Assembly: GCA_037445065.1 (NCBI GenBank)
Contig: JBBILD010000010.1
Span: 64,001-128,000, forward strand
Source of the DNA: Myxococcales bacterium
GTDB taxonomy: Bacteria > Desulfobacterota > Binatia > HRBIN30
Direction of reading: 5' to 3'
DNA length: 64,000 nucleotides
Under the pieces are notes generated by a model. The model was not told where the DNA came from. It did not search any database and saw only the letters and a list, made by a program, of their open reading frames with translations. Shown piece by piece: positions 28,440-39,554 of this stretch. Numbering within the stretch: the first letter of the stretch is position 1; every line of letters begins with the position of its first letter. The translations under genes and the position numbers were made by a program.

Positions 28440-28934
28440 ATGCGGTGCCGATTTCTTGCAACTGCCTGCTTGCTCGTCATCGCCCCACCCGTACTTGCCT
28501 TGGCCCGTGCCGCAGACGCGCTGCCGGCCTTGCAAGTGGAAGATCTAAGCGGCCAGCCACTGTCCTACGATCCGCCGCAATCCGCGCTCGCCATCCTGCA
28601 AACCTGGGCGTCGTGGTGCGCGCCGTGTCACGAGGCCATCCCGTTTTTGCGCGAACTGCAGCGCCAGTTTCCTCGACTGCAGCTCGTACTCATCAACGTT
28701 GACACAGAACGCCCAAAGGCACTGGCCGCACTGAAGGAAATCGCACCGAACCCCGACGGGGTCACCCTGTTGTTCGACCCCAGTGGACAGGTGTTGCAGC
28801 GCCTGCGCGTTCCCGGGATGCCCGCCACCATCGTTGCTATCCGAGGCAAAGCGCAATTGATCGAGGTAGGCTTCAATGATCAGGTGCGAGAGCGAATCCG
28901 CGCTGCGGTCGAACAAGCGCTGTCAGCTCGGTGA
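28440..28934 (+). CDS. TlpA/ResA family thiol-disulfide reductase
   Basis: Signal or anchor segment, WASWCAPC, INVD, DPSG and GMPAT. Confidence 0.88.
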   Translation: MRCRFLATACLLVIAPPVLALARAADALPALQVEDLSGQPLSYDPPQSALAILQTWASWCAPCHEAIPFLRELQRQFPRLQLVLINVDTERPKALAALKEIAPNPDGVTLLFDPSGQVLQRLRVPGMPATIVAIRGKAQLIEVGFNDQVRERIRAAVEQALSAR

Positions 28935-30053
28935 ATCAGCTTGCGCGGAAATCCCCCGGGGCGGCGGCTGCACGAGCACGGAGACGATGCGGCGGCCCTG
29001 CACTCGCTCCACGGTAAAGCGCACGCCTTCGAGTTCGACGCTAGCCCCGGGGTCCGGGATTCTGCCGGCAAGCCCGAACACCAGGCCACCCACCGTGTTC
29101 CAACTCGCATGCGGGAGGCTCATTCCCAAGAGCTCGTTCAGGTCCACGATCGGCACACTGGCTTGTACCCGCAAGCGCCCATCGGGAAGGCGCTCGATTT
29201 CTGGTGGCTCGCGGTCGAATTCGTCAGCGATTTGGCCGACCAGCTCCTCGATGACATCCTCGAGAGTCACCAACCCGACCACGGAGCCGTACTCATCGCT
29301 CACCATGGCGAGGTGAAAGCGCCCGTGCCGCATCTCTGCCAAGAGTTCTGCCAGCGGCTTCGATTCCGGGACGAAATGCACCGGCCGCGCGACTTCCTGT
29401 ACCGGACGCTGTCGCTCTCCGCGCACCAGCAACGCGAGGACATCCTTGGCGTGCACGACTCCTTCGGTGTTGTCCAGGTCTCCCCGATACACCGGCAGGC
29501 GAGACACGCCGCTTTCGAGAACTCTCACGGCTGCTTCCTCGGCACTCGCAGCCACCGGCACGGCAACGATGTCTGGTCGCGGCACCATGACGTCCCGGGC
29601 CGTTCGTTGACCGAGGCGCGAGCCGAGGGCCACCGGCCAGGACGGACTGGCCGGCCCCTGCGGAACCACTGCCACCGGCGTTTCGCGCCGCCCCTCCTCA
29701 TCGCTCGGTACATCCGATCGCGCCGGCACTCCCAAGCCGCCCCATAGCCACCAGCGGCCGACCCGCTCGATCCAAGTGAGTTCCCGCTGCGGCTCGGGTG
29801 CGAACAAGTAGCGCACCAAGGCGCGCCCCAAGGCGGCAGGCAAAAGCAGTAGAAACAATCCGCTGAGCAGTGCAGTCATGACCCAACGGCCGAGCCACCA
29901 CTGCAATGCCAGCACCAGCAGGACGGCAAGCAGTCCCACGCCAAAACCAAGGAGCGCCGCTACCCCCACGTGCCGGATCCACGGGTCGGGGGTGCCCTGT
30001 AGCTCCCGTTTCGAGCCGGGCCGCGATTGCGGCGCCCCCGCAGCCTCGATCAA
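28923..30053 (-). CDS. CBS-pair + CorC/HlyC domain protein (hemolysin/Mg-Co efflux family)
   Basis: Motifs ARDVMVPR, SRLPVY, FVPESK, DEYGSVVGLVTLEDVIEELVGQIADEFD and TVGGLV...GRIP. The N-terminal membrane region is short. Confidence 0.85.
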   Translation of the reverse strand: MIEAAGAPQSRPGSKRELQGTPDPWIRHVGVAALLGFGVGLLAVLLVLALQWWLGRWVMTALLSGLFLLLLPAALGRALVRYLFAPEPQRELTWIERVGRWWLWGGLGVPARSDVPSDEEGRRETPVAVVPQGPASPSWPVALGSRLGQRTARDVMVPRPDIVAVPVAASAEEAAVRVLESGVSRLPVYRGDLDNTEGVVHAKDVLALLVRGERQRPVQEVARPVHFVPESKPLAELLAEMRHGRFHLAMVSDEYGSVVGLVTLEDVIEELVGQIADEFDREPPEIERLPDGRLRVQASVPIVDLNELLGMSLPHASWNTVGGLVFGLAGRIPDPGASVELEGVRFTVERVQGRRIVSVLVQPPPRGISAQADSPS

Positions 30054-30076
30054 ACGACCTCCCTCTACTGTTGTGA

Positions 30077-30745
30077 TTACTCCCTCCCCGTCCTGGCGGG
30101 CTCGCCCCCGGCATCCGGCTCGGGCACCCCTGCCGCCTTGCTAGCCGCCCCCGGCTTCTCCAACTCCGCCCAGAAAAAGCCGCGAAGTTCGCCGCTGCGA
30201 AAACCCACAGCCCGGTCCGTCGGATGGAGCCGCTCGAGGGCCGCTTGCAACTCGGCGGGAAACCCCCGCCGCTCCCCGTGACAGGTCAGGCACACCCCTC
30301 CCGTAGCGATCGGGTGCAGCACGCCGATGGAATCCCCTAAGTCGAACCACACCGGCTCCACCTCATTCGCCGGCTTGCCCGCCATCTCGACTACGTACTG
30401 GTACGCCCACGGGCGCGGTGCGTTGTCGGGGTTGCGCAAGCGGTCGCTGGTCCTCCCCAAAGCGATCTTTTGTTCGCTGGCCACGCTACGCGCCAGAGCC
30501 GCCGCCTCTTGCTTGCACACTTCGACCGCACCAGCCGGACCCTTGGCAGCGATCTCCGCGGTCAAGCGCTGCTGCAATCGCTGTTGAAGCGTACGAAACG
30601 CGCTCTCCGCCTGAGCTACGCGCGGGCGCCACCCGGCGGGTAGCTCCCGCATCGCGCGCGGGACGGCTGACTCTGCCTGTGCCAGCACCGCCAGCAAAAC
30701 CAAAGCGACTGCGCCACAAACCCAGCCACGAAGTCCGCGGGCCAT
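30077..30745 (-). CDS. DUF3365 (Tll0287-like) periplasmic c-type heme protein
   Basis: Signal peptide, AVEVC, RTSDRLRNPDNAP, heme motif CLTCHG, and DRAVGF..GELRG. Confidence 0.85.
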   Translation of the reverse strand: MARGLRGWVCGAVALVLLAVLAQAESAVPRAMRELPAGWRPRVAQAESAFRTLQQRLQQRLTAEIAAKGPAGAVEVCKQEAAALARSVASEQKIALGRTSDRLRNPDNAPRPWAYQYVVEMAGKPANEVEPVWFDLGDSIGVLHPIATGGVCLTCHGERRGFPAELQAALERLHPTDRAVGFRSGELRGFFWAELEKPGAASKAAGVPEPDAGGEPARTGRE

Positions 30746-30906
30746 GGCCCTTCCTATCACACCACCGCCCGAGCCGAGCAAGAGCCGAAGCTGCGAGCGG
30801 AGCGGGCGGTCCCTGTGCGCAACGCGGGCCACGACCGAGAAAAAAATTTTTTGAAGCTTGCCGGGCGGCAAGCGTCTGACCTGGGGTTGTTGCGGAGGAA
30901 AGACTC

Positions 30907-31302
30907 ATGGGCGTGTTGCTAGTGATTGACGATAACGTCAACGCGCGGGTGATTTGCGAGGTTCTGCTCGAATCGCGCGGCGAGAGCTGCCGCTTCTGTG
31001 GCCAACACGAACCACACGCTTGCGCGGCGGTGCTGGCCGGCGGTGCAGTTGCGATTGTGGAGGCAGACTTGACCGATGGAACGAGTGTCGAACGCCTTCG
31101 CCACACTCTGCATACCGTGAAGGAAGCGGCACGCCCACCGTCGGTGGTGGTCATCAGCGACGATGGCGCGCGCGTTCGCCAGGCGGGTTTGGCAGCTTGG
31201 GCAGACCGCGTGCTCCCCTCTGCAGCTGTCGGGCAAGATCTCTTGCCCGTGCTCGACGCTTTGCGCAGCCAGCAGCACGGGGCCGTCTCCGGCGTCTCGT
31301 AA
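30907..31302 (+). CDS. Degenerate single-domain response-regulator receiver (pseudo-receiver)
   Basis: GGAGG ribosome-binding site; LLVIDDN start and a VVVIS beta-4 strand. The phospho-Asp position appears to be Glu (IVEAD) and there is no KP motif. Confidence 0.55.
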   Translation: MGVLLVIDDNVNARVICEVLLESRGESCRFCGQHEPHACAAVLAGGAVAIVEADLTDGTSVERLRHTLHTVKEAARPPSVVVISDDGARVRQAGLAAWADRVLPSAAVGQDLLPVLDALRSQQHGAVSGVS

Positions 31303-31698
31303 GTGGCTTCCTTTGGCTCGGGTCGGCCGCGGCCCACCCGGCGCCTGGGCTCCGAACCGTGTTTCCTGAGTCCACGGCGTGGCAATGCAAGAACCGCTTG
31401 CGCGGAGACAACGGGCGCGATCCTGACCGCGCAACCGCAAGGGCTGCCCCTGGACATTCAAGCTGCGTTGCCACCTGCAGCCGCGAGACGCACTCCCGCA
31501 TGCCATCCATGACCAGCCGCGGCGTCGCGGCCCATGGCGCCCTGTCGGGTCGCGTGGCCCCTGCGTAAGAATCTTTCTGTCTGCTTGCCGCCCGCGGGCG
31601 ATTGCACGGGCCAAAGTGCGTTCTCCCAATTCCCATGTTTCGCCGAGCTGCACGCTTACCCCCGGGCGCTCTCGCCGCTCGAGGTCGCACGCCCCACG

Positions 31699-32796
31699 CT
31701 AGCGAGCCTGCCGCCCCTGCCTGTCGCGACCCCGTGCCTGGTCTCGTGCAACGCGCGCAGGTGAGGTCGCGGCGGCTTCCGCTTCTCTGCCATCCCGCAG
31801 CTTGCGGCGAAAGGCCGCTGGTGTTGTCTTCGCCCAGCGCCGGAAGGCACGGGTGAGATTCGCGGCATCGGAGTAACCAAGCCGTTCCGCAATCTCCTCC
31901 ATGGAGAGGGAGTCGTCGTGGAGAAGGCGAATCGCCTCCGTGTAACGCAGCTCATCCGCCAATTGCGAGTAGGAAGTGCCGCATTGGGCCAGGCGCCGTT
32001 TGAGCGTACGCACCGATACGCCCAGGCGGCGTGCGAGCTCACGGCCGCTAACAACTCCCGCAGGCTGCCTCATGGCGCTACGCACGCGCAGCAAAAACTG
32101 CCCGCTACTGCCGTACCGAGCGAGCTCCTGCTCGCATTGTTCTCGCGCCAGGCGCTGCGCCACTGGGTCATGCATCGGTAGCGGGTGATCCAGCACATGT
32201 GCTTCGAAGACGATTTGGTTGCGCGCCCGGCCGAAATACAAAACTCCGTCCAGCAACGGCGCCAGACGCCGGTAATACGGTGGTTCGGGAAGGGCCAATT
32301 CGATGTGGCCAGAGACCGGCATCCCCACCAAGGTGCGGCCCATATTGGCCAGGCTCGTAAGCAGCGCAATCAGAATGACGTCCCGCGCCGTACCGAGGTC
32401 CGCTTGCTCGTACACCACCAGCCGCGCCTGATTGCCTTCCACCTCGAGGACGAACTGAAAGGCCGAACTGCGCACCGGCCCGTAGCGCACCGTCAACTCG
32501 ATCGCCTCGCGCAGGGTCTTGGCGGTCATGGCCGCGAAACCCAGGAACCCGTGCGCAGAAATCGGGATTTGCAACCCCAAGTACACGCCCAGGCCGTCTT
32601 CGCCGGTCAGCCGGCGGGCGCGAACGATCACTCGCTCGATCTCGCCGATGTCCACGTGAAGATCGGGCTGCGCAAGCTGCTCGACGCTAACCGGGAGTCC
32701 GGCCAACAACTGCTCCGCGGTCACGTTCCAGCGCGCCACCAAGTCTATCAGGTACAGCCCGTAGGCAGCCGAGATGGTGTTCGACGCCGGCGTCAC
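31699..32796 (-). CDS. AraC family transcriptional regulator (OruR/VqsM-like)
   Basis: Motifs GFLGFAAMTAKTLREA, LARRLGVSVRTLKRRL..GTSY and IAERLGYSDAANLTRAFRRW...TP. Start at GTG 32796 or ATG 32838; the longer ORF-track extension is antisense to the next gene. Confidence 0.9.
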   Translation of the reverse strand: MTPASNTISAAYGLYLIDLVARWNVTAEQLLAGLPVSVEQLAQPDLHVDIGEIERVIVRARRLTGEDGLGVYLGLQIPISAHGFLGFAAMTAKTLREAIELTVRYGPVRSSAFQFVLEVEGNQARLVVYEQADLGTARDVILIALLTSLANMGRTLVGMPVSGHIELALPEPPYYRRLAPLLDGVLYFGRARNQIVFEAHVLDHPLPMHDPVAQRLAREQCEQELARYGSSGQFLLRVRSAMRQPAGVVSGRELARRLGVSVRTLKRRLAQCGTSYSQLADELRYTEAIRLLHDDSLSMEEIAERLGYSDAANLTRAFRRWAKTTPAAFRRKLRDGREAEAAATSPARVARDQARGRDRQGRQAR

Positions 32797-32889
32797 GACG
32801 CGGCGCGCTAGCAGGTGCGGCCCAATCGGACAAGACATTGGCACACACCGAACTAGTCGCTGCCGCGGAGCGGATTTACGCATCGGCTC

Positions 32890-33723
32890 ATGACGACGAC
32901 GAACCCAACGGCGGCAGCAACGTTTCCCGTGCGCGACCTCAAGTTCCCCTTGGGGGGCGACATCCCCCGTTATTGGCATCCGGCCGGCGCGGCGGTCACG
33001 CGCTTTTTCGACAACCTCTCCCTGTTTTTCCCTGACGGAGAGCGGTTTTTCGTGGAAGCCGTGAAAGCCTTCCGGCACCAAGTGCGCGATCCGAAGCTCG
33101 CTGAGGATGTGCGTGCCTTTATCGGCCAGGAAGCCATGCACACGCGCGAGCACCTGCGCTACAACCAACGCCTCGCACAGCAAGGAATTCCAGCCGCTGC
33201 GATGGAAGCGAGGGTAGGCCGCTTGCTCGCCCACGTCCGCCGTGCCACCCCTCCGCTCGCGCGCCTTGCGATTACCGCGGCGCTGGAGCACTTCACCGCC
33301 CTCATGGCACAAATGGCCCTCGCCAACGAGGGAGTGTTTGACGGGGCGGATCCGCGCATGGCTGCGCTCTGGCGCTGGCATGCCTTGGAGGAAGGCGAGC
33401 ACAAGCACGTGGCCTTCGGTGTGTACCGCGAGGTGGGTGGGCCCTATTGGCGCCGCGTCTTGACCATGTTCGGGGCGACGCTCGTTTTCTGGACCAAAGT
33501 GCTGGAGCACCAAATCCGCCTCATGCACGCGGACGGGACGCTCTTTTCTTGGCGCGAGTGGCGCACCCTAATCCGTTTCTTGTTCGTTTCTCCGGGAGCG
33601 TTGCGCGGCCTCTTGCGCCACTACCTGTCGTACTATCGCCCCAACTTCCATCCAAATCAGCTCGCGGACCGGGAACTCCTCGAACACTGGCGGCTAGCCC
33701 TGGGCACCGCCGCGCTCCGCTGA
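32890..33723 (+). CDS. Predicted metal-dependent hydrolase (ferritin-like di-iron family)
   Basis: Motifs FPDGERFF, FIGQEAMHTREH, LEHFTA, WHALEEGEHKHVAF and YYRPNFHP; divergent from the AraC gene. Confidence 0.88.
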   Translation: MTTTNPTAAATFPVRDLKFPLGGDIPRYWHPAGAAVTRFFDNLSLFFPDGERFFVEAVKAFRHQVRDPKLAEDVRAFIGQEAMHTREHLRYNQRLAQQGIPAAAMEARVGRLLAHVRRATPPLARLAITAALEHFTALMAQMALANEGVFDGADPRMAALWRWHALEEGEHKHVAFGVYREVGGPYWRRVLTMFGATLVFWTKVLEHQIRLMHADGTLFSWREWRTLIRFLFVSPGALRGLLRHYLSYYRPNFHPNQLADRELLEHWRLALGTAALR

Positions 33724-33792
33724 CTGCGCGCCGCCTGTTTGCCGCCCGACTCGGACCGGCGAAAGCGCTTTCTCAGCCTCCTCTCGCTCCGG

Positions 33793-35289
33793 CTAGCTCG
33801 TCTCACCCTCGTCGGCCGGTAAATTCAAGAGTGCCTGCGCCTCGGGCTCCGGCAAGCGTTCTACTGCACGGAGCGTGCGCTCCATCGCCCGCGTGCGCAC
33901 GCTGGTTTGCTCGATCGTCCGACTTGCCGTGTCGAGCTGCCGCTTCACCTTGCCGAGCACTTCCCCGAACTTGGCAAACTCGGTCTTGACTGCGCCAAGA
34001 ATGCGCCACACTTCGGCAGCCCGCTGCTCAATGGCGAGTGTCTGGAAACCCATGCGCAGGCTGCTCAAGATGGCCGCAAGCGTCGTAGGCCCTGCCACCA
34101 CGACCCGGTAGCGGTGCAAAAGTTCATCCATCAAACCTGGCTGGCGCAACACTTCCGCGTAGAGACCTTCGGTAGCCAGGAAGATGATCGCAAAGTCCGT
34201 GGTTGCCGGCGGGCTCACGTATTTGTCTCGCACTTCGCGTGCTGCCAGGCGCACCGCTTGCGCGAGACTTTCCGCCGCTTTTTGCAAGGCCTCGCCGTCG
34301 CCGCGATCCGCGGCTTCTTGGAGTCGCACGTAGTCTTCCTGCGGAAACTTCGAATCAATCGGCAGCCAGACGACCGCGTTTGGGTCATCGCGCGAGCCGG
34401 GCAGGCGAATCGCGAACTCCACCGTTTCGCCCGATTCGGGTTTCACCCGCACGTTTCGCTCGAACTGGCCAGGGGCGAGGATTTGCTCGAGGATGGAGCC
34501 AAGCTGTACCTCGGCCCAAGTGCCGCGCACCTTCACGTTGGACAGCACGCGTTTGAGGTCCCCGACTCCATTCGCCAGGCTCTGCATCTCGCCTAGGCCT
34601 TTGTGCACCGCCTCCAAGCGATCGCTCACCAGTTTGAAGGACTCACCGAGTCGCTTCTCGAGGGTGTCGTGCAACTTCTCATCCACGGTGCGCCGCATCT
34701 CTTCCAGTTTTTTCTCGTTCCCCTCCTGTAACTCCTTGAGGCGCAAATCGAAGGTATCGCGCATGTTCTTCATGGCGAGTTGGTTCGACTCGAGCAGTTC
34801 CTTCATCTGGCGGTGTACCGTATCGTGCAGCGCCTGTTGCGATCGCATCATGGCTTCGAGGGTCTTCCCCAAGGTGTCGTTGGTTCTCTGCAGCCCGCTA
34901 GCAAGCTCGAGCCGTACCTCGCCGAGTTTTTTTTCGTTCCCCTCCTGTAGCTCCTTGAGCCGCAAGTCGAGAGCATCGCGCACTTGCTGCAACGCACCTT
35001 GGTTTGCTGAACTCAAATCCGCCAACTGCTTACGGACCTCATCGAGTCTTGCCTGCTGCGCCTGCGTCAACGCCTCCAGCGTCTTGCGCATCGCCTCGCC
35101 AACGCGGTCGAACCCCTGCGCCACCTCGTCGCGTAGGTCCTTGGCCGCTGCCCGCGCCTCCTCGCGATTGACCCGAAACTCCTCGCGCAGTACTCGCTCC
35201 GCTTCGAGCGGTTTCGCGCTCGAGCGCCACAGCGCCAGCAAACTCGCCACAGCGGCCACCGTGGCGACCGCCAGAATCAGCCACAACAT
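33793..35289 (-). CDS. rmuC: DNA recombination protein RmuC
   Basis: N-terminal TM, coiled coil, TVDEKLHDTLEKRLGESF, RGTWAEVQL, WLPIDSKFP, TTDFAIIFL.TEGLYAE, AGPTTL and GFQTLAIE. Confidence 0.92.
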   Translation of the reverse strand: MLWLILAVATVAAVASLLALWRSSAKPLEAERVLREEFRVNREEARAAAKDLRDEVAQGFDRVGEAMRKTLEALTQAQQARLDEVRKQLADLSSANQGALQQVRDALDLRLKELQEGNEKKLGEVRLELASGLQRTNDTLGKTLEAMMRSQQALHDTVHRQMKELLESNQLAMKNMRDTFDLRLKELQEGNEKKLEEMRRTVDEKLHDTLEKRLGESFKLVSDRLEAVHKGLGEMQSLANGVGDLKRVLSNVKVRGTWAEVQLGSILEQILAPGQFERNVRVKPESGETVEFAIRLPGSRDDPNAVVWLPIDSKFPQEDYVRLQEAADRGDGEALQKAAESLAQAVRLAAREVRDKYVSPPATTDFAIIFLATEGLYAEVLRQPGLMDELLHRYRVVVAGPTTLAAILSSLRMGFQTLAIEQRAAEVWRILGAVKTEFAKFGEVLGKVKRQLDTASRTIEQTSVRTRAMERTLRAVERLPEPEAQALLNLPADEGETS

Positions 35290-35438
35290 GCGCTCCTCCT
35301 ATGCCAAATCCTTCTTGCTCTTTTGACCGACGGAATACCTCTCGTCAAAAGGCCCGGGCAGCGGGCCGCGGCACCCTCCGCTCCGACCGCCAAATCACTG
35401 CCAACGAGCACGACCAGCGCACTCAGCAGCGAGCAATA

Positions 35439-35467
35439 TTGACATCCAGGGCCCGGCTCGGTACAGG
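35439..35467 (+). promoter_or_regulatory. Putative sigma70 promoter of the pyr operon
   Basis: TTGACA at 35439, a 17-nt spacer, then TACAGG (weak -10), about 10 nt before the PyrR loop. Confidence 0.5.
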
Positions 35468-35477
35468 AGACGCCGAT

Positions 35478-36141
<664 letters not shown>

Positions 36142-36142
36142 A

Positions 36143-37129
36143 ATGGCGTTCGCACAACGGCATTTGCTCGGTCTCGAAGGGATGAGTCGTGAGGAGCTAC
36201 TCTATTTTCTGGACACGGCTACCTCATTTCAGGAAATCTCGTCTCGCGACATCAAGAAGGTACCGGCCCTGCGCGGCAAAACCGTGGTTGGAATGTTCTT
36301 CGAACCAAGCACGCGTACGCGGGTATCCTTCGAGATCGCCGCCAAGCGCATGAGCGCAGACTTTGTGTCTCTGTCGGGCGCCTCGAGCAGTACGGCCAAA
36401 GGGGAAACGTTGCTGGATACGGCCCGCAATCTAGCGGCCATGCAGCCGGACGTGCTCGTGGTGCGCCACCCAGCAGCAGGAGCGGCCCACTTTTTGGCGC
36501 AGCGCGTCGGCTGCAGCGTCGTGAACGCCGGGGATGGCTGTCACGAACACCCAACCCAAGCACTGCTCGACTTGCTGACCATCCGCGAGCACAAGCAGCG
36601 CATCGAGGGTCTGACCGTGGTCATCGTTGGAGACATCTTGCATAGCCGCGTCGCGCGCTCGAACTTGCACGGGCTGCGGACCCTGGGTGCACGCGTGCGC
36701 TTGGCCGGGCCACGAACGTTGCTGCCCCGCGAGTTTGCACTGTGGGCTGACACGACCACCGACCTGTTCGAAGCGGTCAGCGACGCCGACGTGGTGCTCG
36801 TGTTGCGCTTGCAACGCGAGCGGCAGGCCCGCAACTACCTGCCCTCGCTAGACGAGTACGCTCGTCACTTTTGTCTCACGGAGGCGCACCTGGAACGAGC
36901 CAAGGCGGATGTTCTGGTTTTGCATCCGGGGCCTCTGAACCGCGGCGTGGAAATCAGCAGCTCGGTGGCAGATGGGCCGCACTCGGTGATCCTCGACCAG
37001 GTCCGCAACGGGGTGGCCGTCCGCATGGCCGTTCTCTACCTCCTTGCCGGGGCAGCACAGCGCGACACGGCTGAAAACACCCGCCCGGCAGCCGCGCTGC
37101 ACGTGGCACAACGGAGGAGCGTGCTGTGA
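36143..37129 (+). CDS. pyrB: Aspartate carbamoyltransferase catalytic subunit
   Basis: Motifs [44 protein letters not shown] and [11 protein letters not shown]. Confidence 0.96.
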   Translation: MAFAQRHLLGLEGMSREELLYFLDTATSFQEISSRDIKKVPALRGKTVVGMFFEPSTRTRVSFEIAAKRMSADFVSLSGASSSTAKGETLLDTARNLAAMQPDVLVVRHPAAGAAHFLAQRVGCSVVNAGDGCHEHPTQALLDLLTIREHKQRIEGLTVVIVGDILHSRVARSNLHGLRTLGARVRLAGPRTLLPREFALWADTTTDLFEAVSDADVVLVLRLQRERQARNYLPSLDEYARHFCLTEAHLERAKADVLVLHPGPLNRGVEISSSVADGPHSVILDQVRNGVAVRMAVLYLLAGAAQRDTAENTRPAAALHVAQRRSVL

Positions 37130-38424
37130 ATCTCTGGATCTTGCACGGGCGGGTGATTGACCCTTCCCTACCACTCGACGACCAGCGCGACGTGTACATC
37201 CACGAAGGCCGGGTCGCGGGCCTGTACCCACCCGGCAAGGGCCGGCCCCGCAAGGGTGAGCGCGTCATCGAAGCCCGCGGCCAGTGGGTCGTGCCCGGCT
37301 TGATCGACATGCACGTTCACCTGCGCGAGCCTGGGTACGAGTATAAGGAAACCATCGAAACCGGTTGCCGCGCTGCGGTGGCGGGTGGCTTCACCGCTGT
37401 TGCCTGCATGGCGAACACCAACCCGCCCAATGACTCTGCCGCGGTGACCGAGTTCATCCTCGAGCGAGCACGCGCCGTGGCACTGGCCCGGGTTTACCCC
37501 ATCGGGGCGGTCAGCAAGGGGCTTGCCGGACAAGAACTTGCTGAAATCGGGGAAATGCACCGCGCCGGGATCGTCGCAGTGTCGGACGACGGAATGCCGA
37601 TTGTGGACGGTGCGCTCATGCGGCGGGCCCTCGAGTACGCCAGCATGTTCGGCTTGCCGGTGATCGCCCACGAAGAAGATCCCTCGCTGGCACAAGACGG
37701 CGTAATGAACGAAGGGGCGTGGTCGCTGCGCCTCGGTCTGCGCGGGATGCCGCGCGCGGCGGAGGAGGCAATGGTGGCGCGAGACCTGGCGATTCTCGAG
37801 CAAACCGGTGGGCACTTGCACATTGCCCACATCAGTACCGCGGGCAGCGTGGAACTCGTGCGACGTGCCAAGGCCCGAGGTCTCGCGATCACCGCGGAAG
37901 CTGCTCCCCACCACTTCACCTTCACCGAGGAGTTGGTGGACGGGTACAACACCAACGCCAAGATGAAGCCGCCCTTGCGCACCGCCGAAGACGTACGCGC
38001 CGTGCGCGAGGGGCTTCTGGACGGCACGATTGATTGCATTGCTACGGACCACGCTCCTCATCACCGCGACGAAAAAGAGTGCGAGTTCGAGCGCGCGGCT
38101 AACGGGATCATCGGGCTCGAGACCGCCCTACCTCTGGCGCTGGACCTGCTGCGAACCGCGGCTTGGTCGCCGCTCAAGCTCATCGCAGCGATGAGCACCA
38201 ACCCAGCCCACATCCTGCGTCTTCCCGGAGGAACGTTGGCTCCCGGCAGTCTCGCCGATGTAACCGTGATCGACCCAGAGAGGCCATGGAAACTCGAGGT
38301 CTCCGAGCTTCGCTCCAAATCGCACAATACGCCTCTGCTCGGGGCAACGTTACGCGGGCGTGCCACGGCCACCATCGTCGCGGGCAAGGTTGTGTGGGAA
38401 CTCGGAACAGGAGGTAATCCATGA
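37126..38424 (+). CDS. pyrC: Dihydroorotase
   Basis: Motifs [30 protein letters not shown] and ATDHAPH. Confidence 0.95.
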   Translation: MNLWILHGRVIDPSLPLDDQRDVYIHEGRVAGLYPPGKGRPRKGERVIEARGQWVVPGLIDMHVHLREPGYEYKETIETGCRAAVAGGFTAVACMANTNPPNDSAAVTEFILERARAVALARVYPIGAVSKGLAGQELAEIGEMHRAGIVAVSDDGMPIVDGALMRRALEYASMFGLPVIAHEEDPSLAQDGVMNEGAWSLRLGLRGMPRAAEEAMVARDLAILEQTGGHLHIAHISTAGSVELVRRAKARGLAITAEAAPHHFTFTEELVDGYNTNAKMKPPLRTAEDVRAVREGLLDGTIDCIATDHAPHHRDEKECEFERAANGIIGLETALPLALDLLRTAAWSPLKLIAAMSTNPAHILRLPGGTLAPGSLADVTVIDPERPWKLEVSELRSKSHNTPLLGATLRGRATATIVAGKVVWELGTGGNP

Positions 38425-39542
38425 AAGCAGTGCTCGCGCTTGCCGACGGCACCGTGTTCGAAGGGGAAAGTTTTGGCGCTCCGGGAGAAGCGGCCGGAGA
38501 AATCGTGTTCAACACGTCCATGACCGGCTACCAGGAGATCCTGACCGATCCCTCCTACTGCGGCCAGCTTGTGTGCATGACGTACACTGAGATCGGCAAC
38601 GTCGGTGTGAACGACGAGGACGTCGAATCGCGCCGCCCGTGGGTGGAAGGTTTTATTGTACGCGAGTACTGGGAACTGCCCAGCAACTGGCGGGCGCAAA
38701 CCACACTCGGTGATTACCTGCGCCGCCACGGAATCCCTGGCATTCACGGAATCGACACCCGCGCGCTGGTGCGCCACATCCGCGACAAGGGCGCACAAAA
38801 CGCGGTCCTATCCACAGTGGAGCTGGATCACCGCCGGCTGATCGAGAAAGCGCGGGCCGTTCCGCCCATGGTCGGACTCGACCTCGTGCAACGAGTGACC
38901 TGCGCGCGAGCCTACGACTGGACCGAGACCACCTGGGCACTGGGAGCGGGATACCGTGCGCAAACCCGCCCGGACGGACCGTTCGTGATCGCCTACGATT
39001 TTGGAATCAAGCGAAACATCCTGCGCAATTTGGTCGCGGCCGGCTGCCGGGTGCGGGTGGTGCCTGCCACCACCCCGGCCGAACAGGTGCTAGCGCTCAA
39101 GCCGGATGGGGTGTTTTTGTCCAATGGGCCGGGCGACCCAGACGTCGGCACCTACGCCGACATCGTCCGCAATTTGATCGGGAAGGTGCCGATTTTCGGT
39201 ATTTGCCTCGGCCACCAAATCCTGGCTCTGGCTTTGGGAGGGCGGACCTACAAACTGAAATTCGGGCACCACGGCGGCAACCAGCCGGTCAAGGACCTCA
39301 CCACCGGCAAGGTGGAGATCACAGCACAAAACCACGGCTTCGCGGTTGACGTGGATTCCTTGCGCGGGGTCGCAGAGCTGACACACGTGAACCTGAACGA
39401 CCACACCGTGGAAGGGCTGGCGCACGCGCGGTTGCCAATTTTTTCGGTGCAGTACCACCCGGAAGCCTCCCCTGGCCCGCATGACGCCACGTATTTGTTC
39501 CAGCGCTTCGTGGACTACATGCGGCCGCGAGCGCAGGTTTGA
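38421..39542 (+). CDS. carA: Carbamoyl-phosphate synthase small subunit
   Basis: Motifs [39 protein letters not shown] and [12 protein letters not shown]. Confidence 0.97.
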   Translation: MKAVLALADGTVFEGESFGAPGEAAGEIVFNTSMTGYQEILTDPSYCGQLVCMTYTEIGNVGVNDEDVESRRPWVEGFIVREYWELPSNWRAQTTLGDYLRRHGIPGIHGIDTRALVRHIRDKGAQNAVLSTVELDHRRLIEKARAVPPMVGLDLVQRVTCARAYDWTETTWALGAGYRAQTRPDGPFVIAYDFGIKRNILRNLVAAGCRVRVVPATTPAEQVLALKPDGVFLSNGPGDPDVGTYADIVRNLIGKVPIFGICLGHQILALALGGRTYKLKFGHHGGNQPVKDLTTGKVEITAQNHGFAVDVDSLRGVAELTHVNLNDHTVEGLAHARLPIFSVQYHPEASPGPHDATYLFQRFVDYMRPRAQV

Positions 39543-39554
39543 GGAGCGAACCCC

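Noticed and set aside
32839..33528. Long N-terminal extension of the AraC ORF suggesting a fusion
   Set aside because: It lies antisense to the well-supported metal-dependent hydrolase; AraC similarity starts only near 32800.
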